Made by a program: the position numbers and the translations under genes. A stretch of 63,986 nt of DNA, the filler included, from Porpidia crustulata (lineage: Eukaryota): assembly GCA_964255105.1 (NCBI GenBank). It is 4 parts of 4 records of this genome, joined end to end, with 100 filler letters (N's around TTAATTAATTAA, not from the genome) between each part and the next. Parts side by side here need not be neighbours in the genome. Positions count along the whole stretch, not along the records: positions 1 to 16,689 come from CAXUWE010000247.1; 3 more parts are not named here. One strand, written 5' to 3'. Positions 1-10,870 of this stretch are shown one piece after another (position 1 is the stretch's first letter; the number at the start of each line of letters is the position of its first letter). The notes under the pieces were generated by a model, which was not told the origin of the DNA, ran no database searches, and worked only from the letters and a program-made list of their open reading frames with translations.

Positions 1-619
1 GTCTTCTCTGGTGTGGGCGAGTCTTTGGAGGCAGATTGTACCCAGAGTCTGCAGCACCGCAGCAAAACAATGTCAGCAGATTGGACTCTTCATTCCTTCT
101 CCGATCATCGTGTCGCTTTGCTGGTCGCGATCGAAGTGGTGATCCGTCCTCGGAAATCGCCAGCAACGGCCCCGGCACATCTTGCCAAGCCTTGGGCAAG
201 CTTCCTTTCCCCGAGGTTCTTGCATGCGGTTTGATATGCTTTCTCTTATGCATCTCTTCACCATCTTGAACGCCCAATACTCCAAGCCGTTCGACCAACG
301 TATCAATACTCGTTCTCTGCTTCAATGACATTAATGTAGATCTCCTTTCTTTCTCAGCGACGCTAGCCAGTATACTTGCTTGTTCTTTATGCTGCCAGCA
401 GTAGAATGCCGCAGCACCTTCCGAATTATCGCTCGGCGTAAGCACGGCCAGTACGCCGTCTCTGGACGTCCGGTTGACGGTTGGTGACGATTGTGAACTG
501 GTCCCGAGGGCGCGTTTACATGATCGACCGTTGGAGGTGACACCTTTGCAAGTTGTGGCTGGGTTTTTGGAATCGGACCGAGTGAGGAGAGACTCAGGTG
601 TGTGAGGTATGAAAGGCAT
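1..619 (-). CDS. DUF1766 / T5orf172 (Mug113-like) family protein, 5' part only, runs off the window edge
   Basis: Not in the ORF track. Manual translation from ATG 619 gives MPFIPHTPESLLTRSDSKNPATTCKGVTSNGRSCKRAL...GVLAVL...AAAFYCWQHKEQA. I recognise this as the N-terminus of fungal DUF1766 proteins. The C-terminal domain is outside the window. Confidence 0.7.
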   Translation of the reverse strand, partial: MPFIPHTPESLLTRSDSKNPATTCKGVTSNGRSCKRALGTSSQSSPTVNRTSRDGVLAVLTPSDNSEGAAAFYCWQHKEQASILASVAEKERRSTLMSLKQRTSIDTLVERLGVLGVQDGEEMHKRKHIKPHARTSGKGSLPKAWQDVPGPLLAISEDGSPLRSRPAKRHDDRRRNEESNLLTLFCCGAADSGYNLPPKTRPHQRR

Positions 620-1336
620 TGCGACTGGAAAGTAAGTGGTATTTTCGAGACACAAATGGTGGGAAAGAGAAGGTAAGATAATATGAAAATGGCTGATCAA
701 GCACCACCTTGATCACTACCATAGAATGTATGATCGCACAGAGATACATCTATCGACAAGACGTGAAGGAAATGTAAGTAGTGGCAAAAGTAATGCCTAG
801 GAAGTGCAGTCGTGTGGCTGGGAGGTGGCCGCAGCATCAAATCTGTGCACCCAATCACGGCCGCGGAGTCCACAGTCACGAATTGATGGGGCATATGGAG
901 GTATGGAGCAGTGATTTAGCATCAAGCACAACTTCACAGTATGGAGTGGGAGCAGGTGTATACATTCAACTATGAATGTTTTTTTGTGGAGGGTTTGACG
1001 CTCCAGCGACAAGACCATCAGGAGCATTTGACACTAGACCCTTAATGGAATAGAACCAACAAGCGTGCCGGCTTACCCCTGAGTTTCGTTTGTTGTATCG
1101 AGGTGGAATCAGTGATACTCAAAAAGCTTGTTCTTTGCTTCTTTTGGAGAATTCAAGCTGCTATTAATTTTACATACCAGCAATAGTATGTCCTGTATTT
1201 GATGGTCCCGAAATGCGTCATGTTCAGCGCGAGCCCAGCGCGAGCCAAGCGCACGCCTTCGCCAATTTTCCTGAAGACCGAAAGATGCCCGCTAATATCG
1301 ATACATAGACCAAGGAATAAAGTAAAAACACTCGCG

Positions 1337-2818
1337 TCATCTAAGAATGTTCACCGCATCGAGACAGCCATCAAGAGCCCCTTCCATTTCTTCAACCCGT
1401 CCTTTCAGAGCCTTGTTCTCTTCATTCAAGACCCCTACAACATTCCAGGCCTCGTTATTCGCGACTCCGTGGCAGTTTGCGCATTCCAGGTTCTGCACTT
1501 CCTCCTGCCATGCAGCTGTGTGATCTCGGTCATGTCTTCTCATCACGTCCTTGGAAATTGGCCGTCGAAAGGGCCCTGGCCTGTGCTGTACCACTTGTCC
1601 GAGCGGTGACGTCGAATCAAGATTCCGGTAGGCATCCGGAGAGTTTGTGGTTGAGACAGATGACATGGATAGGGTGGGTGATGTAGCACCTTGCCGTTGG
1701 GAGAATAAACTCTCGACTGAGCTTTCTTCTCCCGACTCACAGCTCCAGTCACTATTGATGCTCGACCTGCTTTCACGCTGAGAACGCTCCGTGTGCGCTG
1801 CTTGAGAAGCTTTCACCAACAACACACTTCGTTTCCTCGCCTCCTCTTCCTCCCGCCGCAATAGCTTTTCTCGAGCCAAGTCGTCCACTAAATTCATCAT
1901 AGCATCATCCTGCTCCGCTAATTTGACAGCCATACCATCCAGTTGCATCTTCAGATGCTGTGCCCTGGTCTCAGCTCCCTCCAGTTCTTCAGCCTGAGTA
2001 TCCTTCTCGGCTATCATCTCATGCAGCGATTGTGTCCGTTCCTTGTACGCTGCCTGTAGACGACTCAACAGGCCCTCCGCGTTCTGTACCAAATTTTTGA
2101 AGGCGGCTGGTGAGAACGGATCGGCAGGACCTGCGGGAAAGAGAGCTTCATGGACGTCTAGGTCGAGTAATTTATCATTGAGATCAACCGCTGGTGGTTG
2201 AGTCTTAGGTAACTGAACTTTAGTTGTAAAGAGTGAAAAGCGGCCAGACATTGGCGGCCTGGAAATAGCTTGACTGGAGCCTTGCTGTATCAGGCTCGTC
2301 CGACTCGCTGACGGCTTTGACATGGTATCTAAAGGATCAGATAGTTCCTTGGTGGGCGACGGTAGAATACTGAAAGTGATTGGATCCGATTCGCCGTTGA
2401 ACCAATCCGCTAATTTTGCACCCACCTTCGCAGGAGAGGCTTGCCGAGACTGAGTGGGTGAGAATTGAAAGTGATCCAGAATGGGAGGTAAAACTGGAGG
2501 GGTGTTGAGATCCGGATGATCCTGAATTACCGATGGTGTAATCAACGGAGGCAGCTCGTGTCTGGTGGATCGTTCACGTTCTACTTCGAAACTTCGTTGA
2601 TGAGCTCGACAGGGTGTAGCTAAGTCATCCTCGATAAGTGACAAAGAATTCCCGTTAGAAGAGCGCTGCTTGATCGTGGCTGCAGGGCCTAGAGGGACCT
2701 TTGGTAGAGCATCACTGGAATACACTGAAGATCTGGAGTTGTTTTCCAGCGAAGAGCATTTCGACCGGCCATGATGATTTTGAGATTTGCTAGAGCTCGC
2801 CGCAAACAAATCGAACAT
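1337..2818 (-). CDS. Conserved fungal hypothetical coiled-coil protein
   Basis: Long intronless ORF, first ATG at 2818 (493 aa). Motif PFSPAAFKNL..NAEGLL..LQ.AY, then a long coiled coil and a C-terminal CANC followed by a second coiled coil. Confidence 0.75.
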   Translation of the reverse strand: MFDLFAASSSKSQNHHGRSKCSSLENNSRSSVYSSDALPKVPLGPAATIKQRSSNGNSLSLIEDDLATPCRAHQRSFEVERERSTRHELPPLITPSVIQDHPDLNTPPVLPPILDHFQFSPTQSRQASPAKVGAKLADWFNGESDPITFSILPSPTKELSDPLDTMSKPSASRTSLIQQGSSQAISRPPMSGRFSLFTTKVQLPKTQPPAVDLNDKLLDLDVHEALFPAGPADPFSPAAFKNLVQNAEGLLSRLQAAYKERTQSLHEMIAEKDTQAEELEGAETRAQHLKMQLDGMAVKLAEQDDAMMNLVDDLAREKLLRREEEEARKRSVLLVKASQAAHTERSQRESRSSINSDWSCESGEESSVESLFSQRQGATSPTLSMSSVSTTNSPDAYRNLDSTSPLGQVVQHRPGPFRRPISKDVMRRHDRDHTAAWQEEVQNLECANCHGVANNEAWNVVGVLNEENKALKGRVEEMEGALDGCLDAVNILR

Positions 2819-4142
2819 AGAGACGGCGAAATGCGGTCTCAAGAAGGCGCGGCCTGAATGGAATGGGGGGAAATGGAATGTGACCGTTTTCAAACAATCG
2901 AAGATCCCGCTAAGATAACGGCTATCAGACGTGGGGGCACGAGGCGAGGCCTGAAATCTTGATGATTTGTGATGTATGAAATGGTGCTTGGAGTTGTCGA
3001 TATATTGGAGGCAATGGAATGAGATCTACTAGAAAGTCGAATTGGTCTGACTCTTGCACAGGTGGTTGGGAGACTGCTCAAAAACGTGGCGGGGAGATTT
3101 ACTGAGCCACATAATTTTATCCTAGTCACAGAACAAGCGCGTGAAGTCTGGTAAGCAATCAACTATCATCATTGATCATCCTTCAGTATCGCTCCCCTGA
3201 GCTTAGAACTCTTCTCTTTTACCACACGTACCCGTACTTGCACTTACAAGATGGTGCCTGAGCACATTCGGACAAGTCAAGCCGGGCCCGGCCTGTGAGT
3301 GCGCTAACTAGCGACGTCAGCCGTACGCGCATCCATCTACCAGCTCGAACAAGTTCTCTCCCTCCTTTCTTGTGATACTAAGATGTCGGGCCCATCACTC
3401 GAGATTCGAACGAAGAAAGGCTTTTGACAGCGCTAAGACCATCAGTAAGAGAATTGCGACCGTATATTGCCATATAGTGGCCATTTCGTATCAGCTCATC
3501 TGAGTTCCAGTCGCTAGCTTCCAAGATTTTGATCGGATTTACGGAATTCGTCCACTGACACGGGTTTCTCACTGCTTAACCACTCCGACTTCTGATAAGA
3601 ATAGTAAGAGTTTGGCCTTGTTGGCACCTTTCTCGTGGCTGAAGACTATTCCGCAAAGCGTCGCAAAGCGTAAGACAACGTGTGGATGAAGGGCAGCATA
3701 TGTGATGGGTCGTGCTGCAAATAAAATGTAGACACGTAGAGTACCCTCGGTATTAATATATTCTTAAGCGTTGGATCATGGGTTCCGAAGATCTCAACCG
3801 TCGACCTCAAATCAGTCATGTAGTTTTGGTTTCTGAGCTGGTCCATTTCCTCCGTGACACCATATGTCAGTACGCTTTGTTTTTAACCGCTGCGATAGGT
3901 GATTTCCGACGGTCTTTCCAACGCCATCTTTAGGGTTGGTAGCTCCGCATGTATTCAAATAGCCGTTATTCTTGAAATCGCCCTGTCATGATTTTCGTAC
4001 ATTCCTCAGGCGGTTTGGCTAGCCGCATGCGGTGGCTTTGTGCTTCTCTTATGTCAACTTGCAGACATAATTCACATCAGCAACTCCTAATACCTCCCGG
4101 TAGATGATACGTTGAAGAGCTGAGCTGGATGCTGATACCATT

Positions 4143-5477
4143 ATGGCTCCAGTCACAAGAGCAATGGCGAGGGCACAGCAGCATCTTCCCAATGGTCAAG
4201 TGCCCCCGGCTCCAACACCCACAAAACCAAGCAAGAAGAAAGTAGTGAAGCCAGCTAAAGTCACGATCCCAGTCGGAGTCAAGAAGGCTGCGCCCGCGAA
4301 GAATAAGAGAGGGAAGACCAGGAAGACTGCTCAAAAGAAGGATCAATGTGCAGTTCCAGCCGTTGAAATAGGAAGAGAACGGGAAGATGAGTTGGGCGCT
4401 ACTCCAGAAGTCAACGTCCCGCCTACCTATGTACCTCGTTCGCCGACGCAAAATACACAACATGGCCAGATAGGCTTCCTTGACGATGAACTCTGGGCAT
4501 CCGGAGCGCTTGATATTGGTGCTGCTCGACTTCCAACATTAAGCAATGCGATACACGACATCTGGGAGAAAGACAATTTTGACTTTCCATCCGAGTCGTT
4601 CGAAGAATGTGACCGAGTGTACGAGTTATTGGCGCCATCGCTTAGGCTAGCTTCTCGCTGGCTCACTCATATAGACTACCGCTCGTTCTGGACGGACTTG
4701 CTATACGGAGAAATTCGAGTCTCCGATATAGATGGAGTGCTACCAACAATTATCAAAGCAGACAGATCAAAGGCGAAATTTGTACTACCGGCTTTCCGTG
4801 AGCTTTCAGGCTCTGCCTTGTTCACCTTTGAGAGCTATGCAGATACATGGATGAACACGTCCACGCGGGGGCAGTTGACAACCACTCTGCACGGAAGTTT
4901 TTTCGACGATAGTGTGCCACAAAATGATACGACTGTATCAGAAAGGCTCCGCTTTCTTTTCTTCTTAGCTGTCAACTTAGTACATGAGATTGCGCACCGT
5001 ATATTCCAAGAGCGGTGGCACACAGAGCAGCCCGGTGTACCATTGCCACGTCGGGATCCTGCCATTGTCTCCAAAGAAACTGAAGATACTCATGACGAAC
5101 TAGGTATCGCTTGGGAGCAGTACATGTTTGGCGGTAGAATCTTGGTCACGAATTTCGAGTCAAGCGCAATGGCGACTTTGGGCTTGGTACGCTTCCCTGT
5201 GGACATGATTCAAGGCGATCCTTTCAGCGATCCTCAAAGACGGATTGCGCCGGTGGCGGTCGAATGGATAAATAATTTATTTTCAGAACAATGGTGGACG
5301 GACAAGAAAAAGAACTTGGAGAGGATGCCTGGATATATTCAACTGACCCCTCTCAGGGCAACGGTACCGTATACCACGGACTCATCCGTATTTAGAGACA
5401 ATTCTTACGACATTCGCGATGATGAAACCGAGAGAGAAGCCAATATGGTTCGTGGCCATTGGTTACCTCCGCCGTAG
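4143..5477 (+). CDS. Hypothetical protein with HExxH zincin-like motif
   Basis: 444-aa ORF. Lys-rich N-terminus, FFLAVNLVHEIAH, then ELGIAWEQYMFGG. Confidence 0.75.
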   Translation: MAPVTRAMARAQQHLPNGQVPPAPTPTKPSKKKVVKPAKVTIPVGVKKAAPAKNKRGKTRKTAQKKDQCAVPAVEIGREREDELGATPEVNVPPTYVPRSPTQNTQHGQIGFLDDELWASGALDIGAARLPTLSNAIHDIWEKDNFDFPSESFEECDRVYELLAPSLRLASRWLTHIDYRSFWTDLLYGEIRVSDIDGVLPTIIKADRSKAKFVLPAFRELSGSALFTFESYADTWMNTSTRGQLTTTLHGSFFDDSVPQNDTTVSERLRFLFFLAVNLVHEIAHRIFQERWHTEQPGVPLPRRDPAIVSKETEDTHDELGIAWEQYMFGGRILVTNFESSAMATLGLVRFPVDMIQGDPFSDPQRRIAPVAVEWINNLFSEQWWTDKKKNLERMPGYIQLTPLRATVPYTTDSSVFRDNSYDIRDDETEREANMVRGHWLPPP

Positions 5478-6001
5478 GTAGGATGGCCAAACACTGATGG
5501 CATTTTCTCTTTCCTCAAACATATCTGGGCACGGCTTGTGTACGGTATAGTTAGACTTTTGGATCTCCTTTTCCTGCAATACTTTATATATATATCCATC
5601 TTGCATTACTGTATGCAGCGGTGAAAGAGCGGTAAGCGACGTCTGATAGCTTCCGACTGTGTCTTGGTCTCGGAATTTCTATTCTTGAAGGTAGATATAC
5701 AAGGCGCCCTTGGTCCACGTCGGAGTCTATTTTCTAGACATACACCGGACTTTTCAACTTACCCGTGTATACTATTGTCTGAATACCGAAAGGTACAGAG
5801 CACGTGCAAATATGACGACATGAACATGGAAATGGAAATGGAAGGCGGTGAGTAAGGTAGGTATCTCATCTACCGTGTCGTCAAGAAGCTTTTCTATACA
5901 CCCAAGCGCCTTGACATTTCTGACCGAAGTTTAGTTTCCTCTACTCCCAAAGTCCCTTGGTTGTAGTTCCTTCGATTCTATTGAAAGTCGCACCAGTCAG
6001 A

Positions 6002-7290
6002 ATGGGCCTCAAAAGATGGGTTCTCGTAGTTTTGCATGCCTCGAACCGCGTTAGAGCACAGCAGAGTAGTTTGGATTCGGCCACCAATAATTGTCATGGT
6101 AATTTTTCCAACGTTGTCTGTATCAACAAAGACGCAGCCGTCTTGCCTCTCCCATTCTCTCGAGTGGCCGCAAGGAGTGGCAGCGAGCTTTCTCGGGATT
6201 GTTATCAACAGACTTACGTGCCCCGAGATGCGTCGTTAGGCCTCCTCCAAAACGCCTCTTATCTTGTGTTTGATCAAGACCGAGGAACAGAGGTCCTTGG
6301 CTCATATCCAACGTACAACCACCAGTTCACCATTGATGATCACCTCCACGAGGCCCCAGTCTACGCGCCAGGTCTCAATAGCTCTTAATTGAGCTTAACC
6401 AATCTCCCCCAAGTCTCTCGAATTACACTTCCATCCCGTCGATCTCTGGCATCAATGGTGGCCGTTATAACAAAGGCCTCATTTACTGGGCTACCAGTGG
6501 TAGCAAACCCTTTGCCAATCAAACCCAAGATTATTAGGGAATCGCTGCTCTGGATCCTAAGACTTGTAAAGTCTCCACGGTCCTACACAGTTACTTTGGC
6601 ACCTACTTCAATTCCCCAATGATTTGGTAGTCGATTCCCACGGTAACATATTCTTCACCGACGCCCTTTACGGCTGGCAGCAGAATATCTCGGCCATCCC
6701 AGCCACCCTTCCTACAGCCGTATATCGCTTCCGTCCCTCCACGGGCGCCGTCTCCGGTATTGCAGATGGCCACGTTGAACCCAATGGGATCAATCTCTCC
6801 CCAGACGAGAGAACAATATGCATCACCGATACCGGCAGCCTTTATAGTAGCATCTACGTCTCTCCTGATAAGCCTTTGCCGCCACTTCGGTACAACGGAA
6901 CCGGGCAAAGAATGGTGTAAGCGTATGATGTTAAGGGGACTCCCGTAGGACAATATTTGATCAATAGGAGGCCGATTCAGGTGATGCAGGAGGGTCTACC
7001 ATATGGATTCCATGTAGCTAGGAATGGCTATCTACTTACAGCTGCCGGAAGAGGGTAAACCCTCCCCTCGGAATCTTCGTGAATCAATACCCAATATACT
7101 AGACTTGCTTAAGCCCCGGAACAGCGTGGACGTTCTCGATCCATACGGGACGCTCATAGTACGAGTGGTGACAAATTTTATGGCCAACAACTTTGCTTTT
7201 GCTGGCCCGGAGTACAGGCAGCTGTGGATGGTCGGTAATGGAGGAGTGAGCATGGTTGAATGGGCGCTGCAGGGAATAGCTTTAGCATAG
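6002..7290 (+). pseudogene. SMP-30/gluconolactonase/LRE family beta-propeller pseudogene
   Basis: Family motifs HEAPVY, INGG, YFNSP/NDL, FFTD, PNGINLSPDE and AFAG are spread over three frames. Lesions: frameshift ~6380, TAG 6535-6537, 1-nt deletion ~6616, TAA 6918-6920. One intron at ~7054-7123. Confidence 0.85.
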
Positions 7291-7864
7291 CCTTCCGTGA
7301 AATCAAGGGAACTATACAGATTCATTCGTTGCTGAGAGGTGTCTGAGCTGTTGCTGAAGTCCTTCACTCGAGCATTACACGTGTAGAGGTCTCTGTCACA
7401 TAATATGAGAATGTCCCCAGTCCTGTTCTCGGAATCGGCGTCTCAGGAACAATTCAAGCAGACGAGTATTGATCAAGGAGGGGAAAGGTGTGACGTTTCT
7501 GGGAGAGAGCAAAACTGTAGAATCTATTCCTCTTATATGGTTGAAGGATTCTGTGATGAAGTCTTGGTGGTAGATATCAAGTCTTTTGAATGTCTTGAGA
7601 GCAGTGAAGATACAATGCGCGATGAACTCACAGCTCTATTCTAATAAGATCTGCGTACGCTTGGCCAGTCGAAGAGAATTGGTATGAAAACCCTGATGCC
7701 GGGGTCTTCAATTGAGCTCCAAGTAGGGCTGCCGAGCACCCCGCCACCCCGCTAAACAAGAGCCCCCAGGCCGCTAGAGTAGGGTACGTGGGTGGCACAA
7801 TCGTTGCCCGTCTGACTCGTACACTGCACTCCCACTTCGTTGATCAAGCAAACAGCTAACGACC

Positions 7865-8868
7865 ATGGCAGATCTGGAGTTGAGACTCAAACATGGCAAG
7901 GGCGAAGTCGATAACTGGACCAAGATCGAAGACAAAGCTCGGCGCAAAACGATACAGAACCGGCTGGCGCAGAGGAAGAGACGTGCGTCTTCATAGCAGA
8001 GAAAGGACGCAGTATAATAATAGTAAATTAAACAGGCACAAAGTTGCTCAGAGGAAGGCCAGGACAGCGAAATACTCAACCTGTCTCATCGACGGACGGG
8101 GGACCCTTATGTCATGATGATCGACCCGAATCTTCTCCTGCCACTCATCCTCAAACCAGATCCGAACCAGCAATCCAAGCCGCAGACGCGCTCGAGGAAA
8201 ATTTGCCCTTCACCTCCAGCTACACGTCGACCTCCATACTCAGTTCTTCTACTTCGCCCACAGCAATCATAATTCAGCGCTCCGCTTCCCCTCCCACCCT
8301 CGATGCACATTCTAGTGCTATTGGCAATTTCCTGGCGGCCCCTGGCCTCGCCGAGCATCGCTTTATCGTTCTCTCTCAATATGCCTTTCTTCGTGCCTTC
8401 GTCCACAACGCTCAATCTCTACAGCTGGCCCCCAACCTCTTCGCCGACGATAATGCAGTATCCCCTTACACTATTCTCAATCCCTACCCCGGCACTTCCA
8501 TGGGAACCCTAACTCACTTTGACTCCTTAATGCCCACGACCGTCCAGCTAAGCACGTTTCACCATCCATATATTGATGTACTAGCTTCACCGAAGCTCAG
8601 AGACAATATCCTCTCAGCCGGCTTGGACGACGACACGGAGGACGAGCTGTGCCACAGCTTGCATGATGGAGGTTTCACTGTATGGGGTAGCCAGCCCTGG
8701 AGCCCGATGGGATGGGAGGTGAGTCCGGAGTTTTTGGAGAAGTGGGCGTGGCTGGTGGATGAGGACACGGTACGGTGGTCAAATTTCTGGAGATTTGAAA
8801 GAGGGGAGGTACCCTTGAAGATGGTAGGCATCGGTAGGGTTGGTGAGGTCGTAGGGGAGGTACTTTAA
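7865..8868 (+). CDS. bZIP-like basic region plus DUF3425 domain transcription factor
   Basis: Exon 1 encodes MADLELRLK..DNWTKIEDKARRKTIQNRLAQRKRR. Intron 7983-8035 (GT..AG) splices in frame into ORF 8044-8868, which has the DUF3425 motifs LMPT.VQ...HHPYID.L.SP.LRDN, VWG..PW...WEVS.EF..KW and SNFWR.ERGE. Confidence 0.85.
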
Positions 8869-10198
8869 GGAGGTGGGCGGTGCCCTGTCACCGGTATCGA
8901 TTATTTTGAAGATTGTGGTGCCATTGACTTGGATTGCCATCTGCTTGGGGTACGAAATCCTTTGAAGTGATGTAATAGAAGACTCGAATTTCTACTAATC
9001 CGCGGTATGCTATTAGCAGAAAGAAAAATATTAGGTAAAGGTCCACCTACTTCAAAATGCGCCAGCTTCCGCCAGTAATCCTCAGATGCTTTCGGTTTGA
9101 ACAAAGTCTACGATCGAGCGATGAAGGAACAGGCTAGGAGATGACATTCCAAAGCAAGAAATTTCAAGACTGAGCGCACTAAAAGAAGGTGGCGTAGGTG
9201 TGCTTGATGGTGTTGTCGAGGGATTCCGTAATAAACGGCACAAAATTATGGAAGGGTGGAAGGTGCTATGGAAGGAGACGAAGAAGACAGCGCAGACCAA
9301 CTCAGCGATGCAAAGTTTTACAAGACCGCAAGCATGATATTGTATTCGAGACGTACGAGCCCAATTACCTCACTATTTAAGAGCTGATCTGATGCAGAAT
9401 AAGAATTCAAGAACCTGATAAAAGGAGGCTGAAACTGCAAAAAATTACGAGTATGCTGATTCGAACCCACAACATCCAAAAGGGAAAGCCCGGCTGGGTC
9501 TTCAACCCCAGGAGCTTTCCCTTTCACCCGCCGAGTGTTGTTTTGAATCTTGGCACTAGTACAGTGGCTGGCCGCATACAATGACCCGCTGTTTGTACCG
9601 CTGCACCTATGTTCTGGAACTTGAAAAAGAGCGGTTATTATGGAAGTTGAATCAAGATTTAAATGTTAATGTTCATCGTTCTTTCCATTTTGGCCCTACG
9701 CTATTGCATACACATTACGTCTGCGCTATGTCTACTCTCCCCTAAACATTAGCAAAAAAGCCATTCATCAGACTATTATCTGATCTGCACAGTCGAAGTG
9801 TCAAATTTGTGAAGCACTAGTCCAGTACTCAGGGTTTTAATCCGCGTGGACACGGCGGCAATAGGCGTGCCATCTTAGTTGATATAGTTAAGATGAGAGA
9901 TTTAACCCTGTTTTCAAGGCCGTCCATAACTCCATGTTCACTCGCTCCGTCCTCATTCTGCTCCACCTCTCAACCCTATATTCACGCTCTTCACCATCTG
10001 AAACCTAACACGAAGCACTTATTGCGCAGTCTGTTCATCATTCGTTATGTCCTGTTTAGTAGCCCGATGTGAATCCTTTCGGTGGGTGTGTAAGTATCCT
10101 ACCGCTACTATGTTTTCGAGTCAGTTCTATCAAGTCACTTCAGCGTCCGTGCAGAGGGCTATCTTTGATAATAACATGAATTGCAACTAACCAGAATT

Positions 10199-10870
10199 TT
10201 ACGATGAAGCAACCGTAGAGTTGCCTAGCGACTCGAGAGCTAATCCCGATCTAAGCACTTCGCTGTTTACATTATGAAGATACCTCGCCACCGCGGAATC
10301 TGTTGCCATGACAAAGATTCCTAGACTACCTCCTTGCCCCAACGGCTCCCACCCTAAGGGTGTATTGCGCAAGCTATGGCAATGGATCTGGATCCTCTCC
10401 AACGCTCTGAAGATCTCCCGGAAACTCACAACCACATTCTTCTCGTCCGGCCCGTGAGGTTCCTCCCGCCCGGGCAGCGGAGGGAAAGGAGGCTGGTCGG
10501 GGAAGCTCCACAACATACTAACGAAAATGGTACAGGTAGCGATGGTGTAGTTGCGTGGCGTGAGGATTTGTGGCAGCTTCCTTGTTTTGGGGGTTTCTTG
10601 GTTGTGAAACTCGAGACCCTTGGAGACGTATTTTGCATAGTCACTGTATTCCAAGCGATGGCCGGCGTCAAAGCAATCATTTACGTCAAAACTAGGTGCA
10701 AGCCAGGCTCGAAAACCGTTGCAAAAAGTCTCGCCATTTGAAGCAGCTGAGGGAGCGGCCAGTGGAGGATCCCATGCGGTGGCATTGGATTTTAAGACAA
10801 TTGTAAACCAGATCGTGGCGAGTAGAGATAAAGGATGATGCTTTGAGATCGAGCAATTCCGTCGGATCAT
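10199..10870 (-). CDS. Putative secreted Cys-containing protein of unknown function
   Basis: 223 aa from ATG 10870. Hydrophobic stretch LSLLATIWFTIVL near the N-terminus, four Cys after it, and motifs TPRNYTIATCTIFVSML and GW...G..GSLGIFV. Confidence 0.6.
   Translation of the reverse strand: MIRRNCSISKHHPLSLLATIWFTIVLKSNATAWDPPLAAPSAASNGETFCNGFRAWLAPSFDVNDCFDAGHRLEYSDYAKYVSKGLEFHNQETPKTRKLPQILTPRNYTIATCTIFVSMLWSFPDQPPFPPLPGREEPHGPDEKNVVVSFREIFRALERIQIHCHSLRNTPLGWEPLGQGGSLGIFVMATDSAVARYLHNVNSEVLRSGLALESLGNSTVASS

Noticed and set aside
1225..1257. 11-bp tandem repeat (CAGCGCGAGCC twice plus a degenerate copy)
   Set aside because: Tiny minisatellite in a 3' flank with no spacers; not CRISPR-like.
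6535..6537. TAG that A-to-I editing could recode to Trp
   Set aside because: The same gene has frameshifts and a TAA, so editing could not restore it.
9100..9420. Protein-like plus-strand stretch (RLGDDIPKQEISRLSALKEGG...)
   Set aside because: Short, broken by stops, no recognisable family or start.
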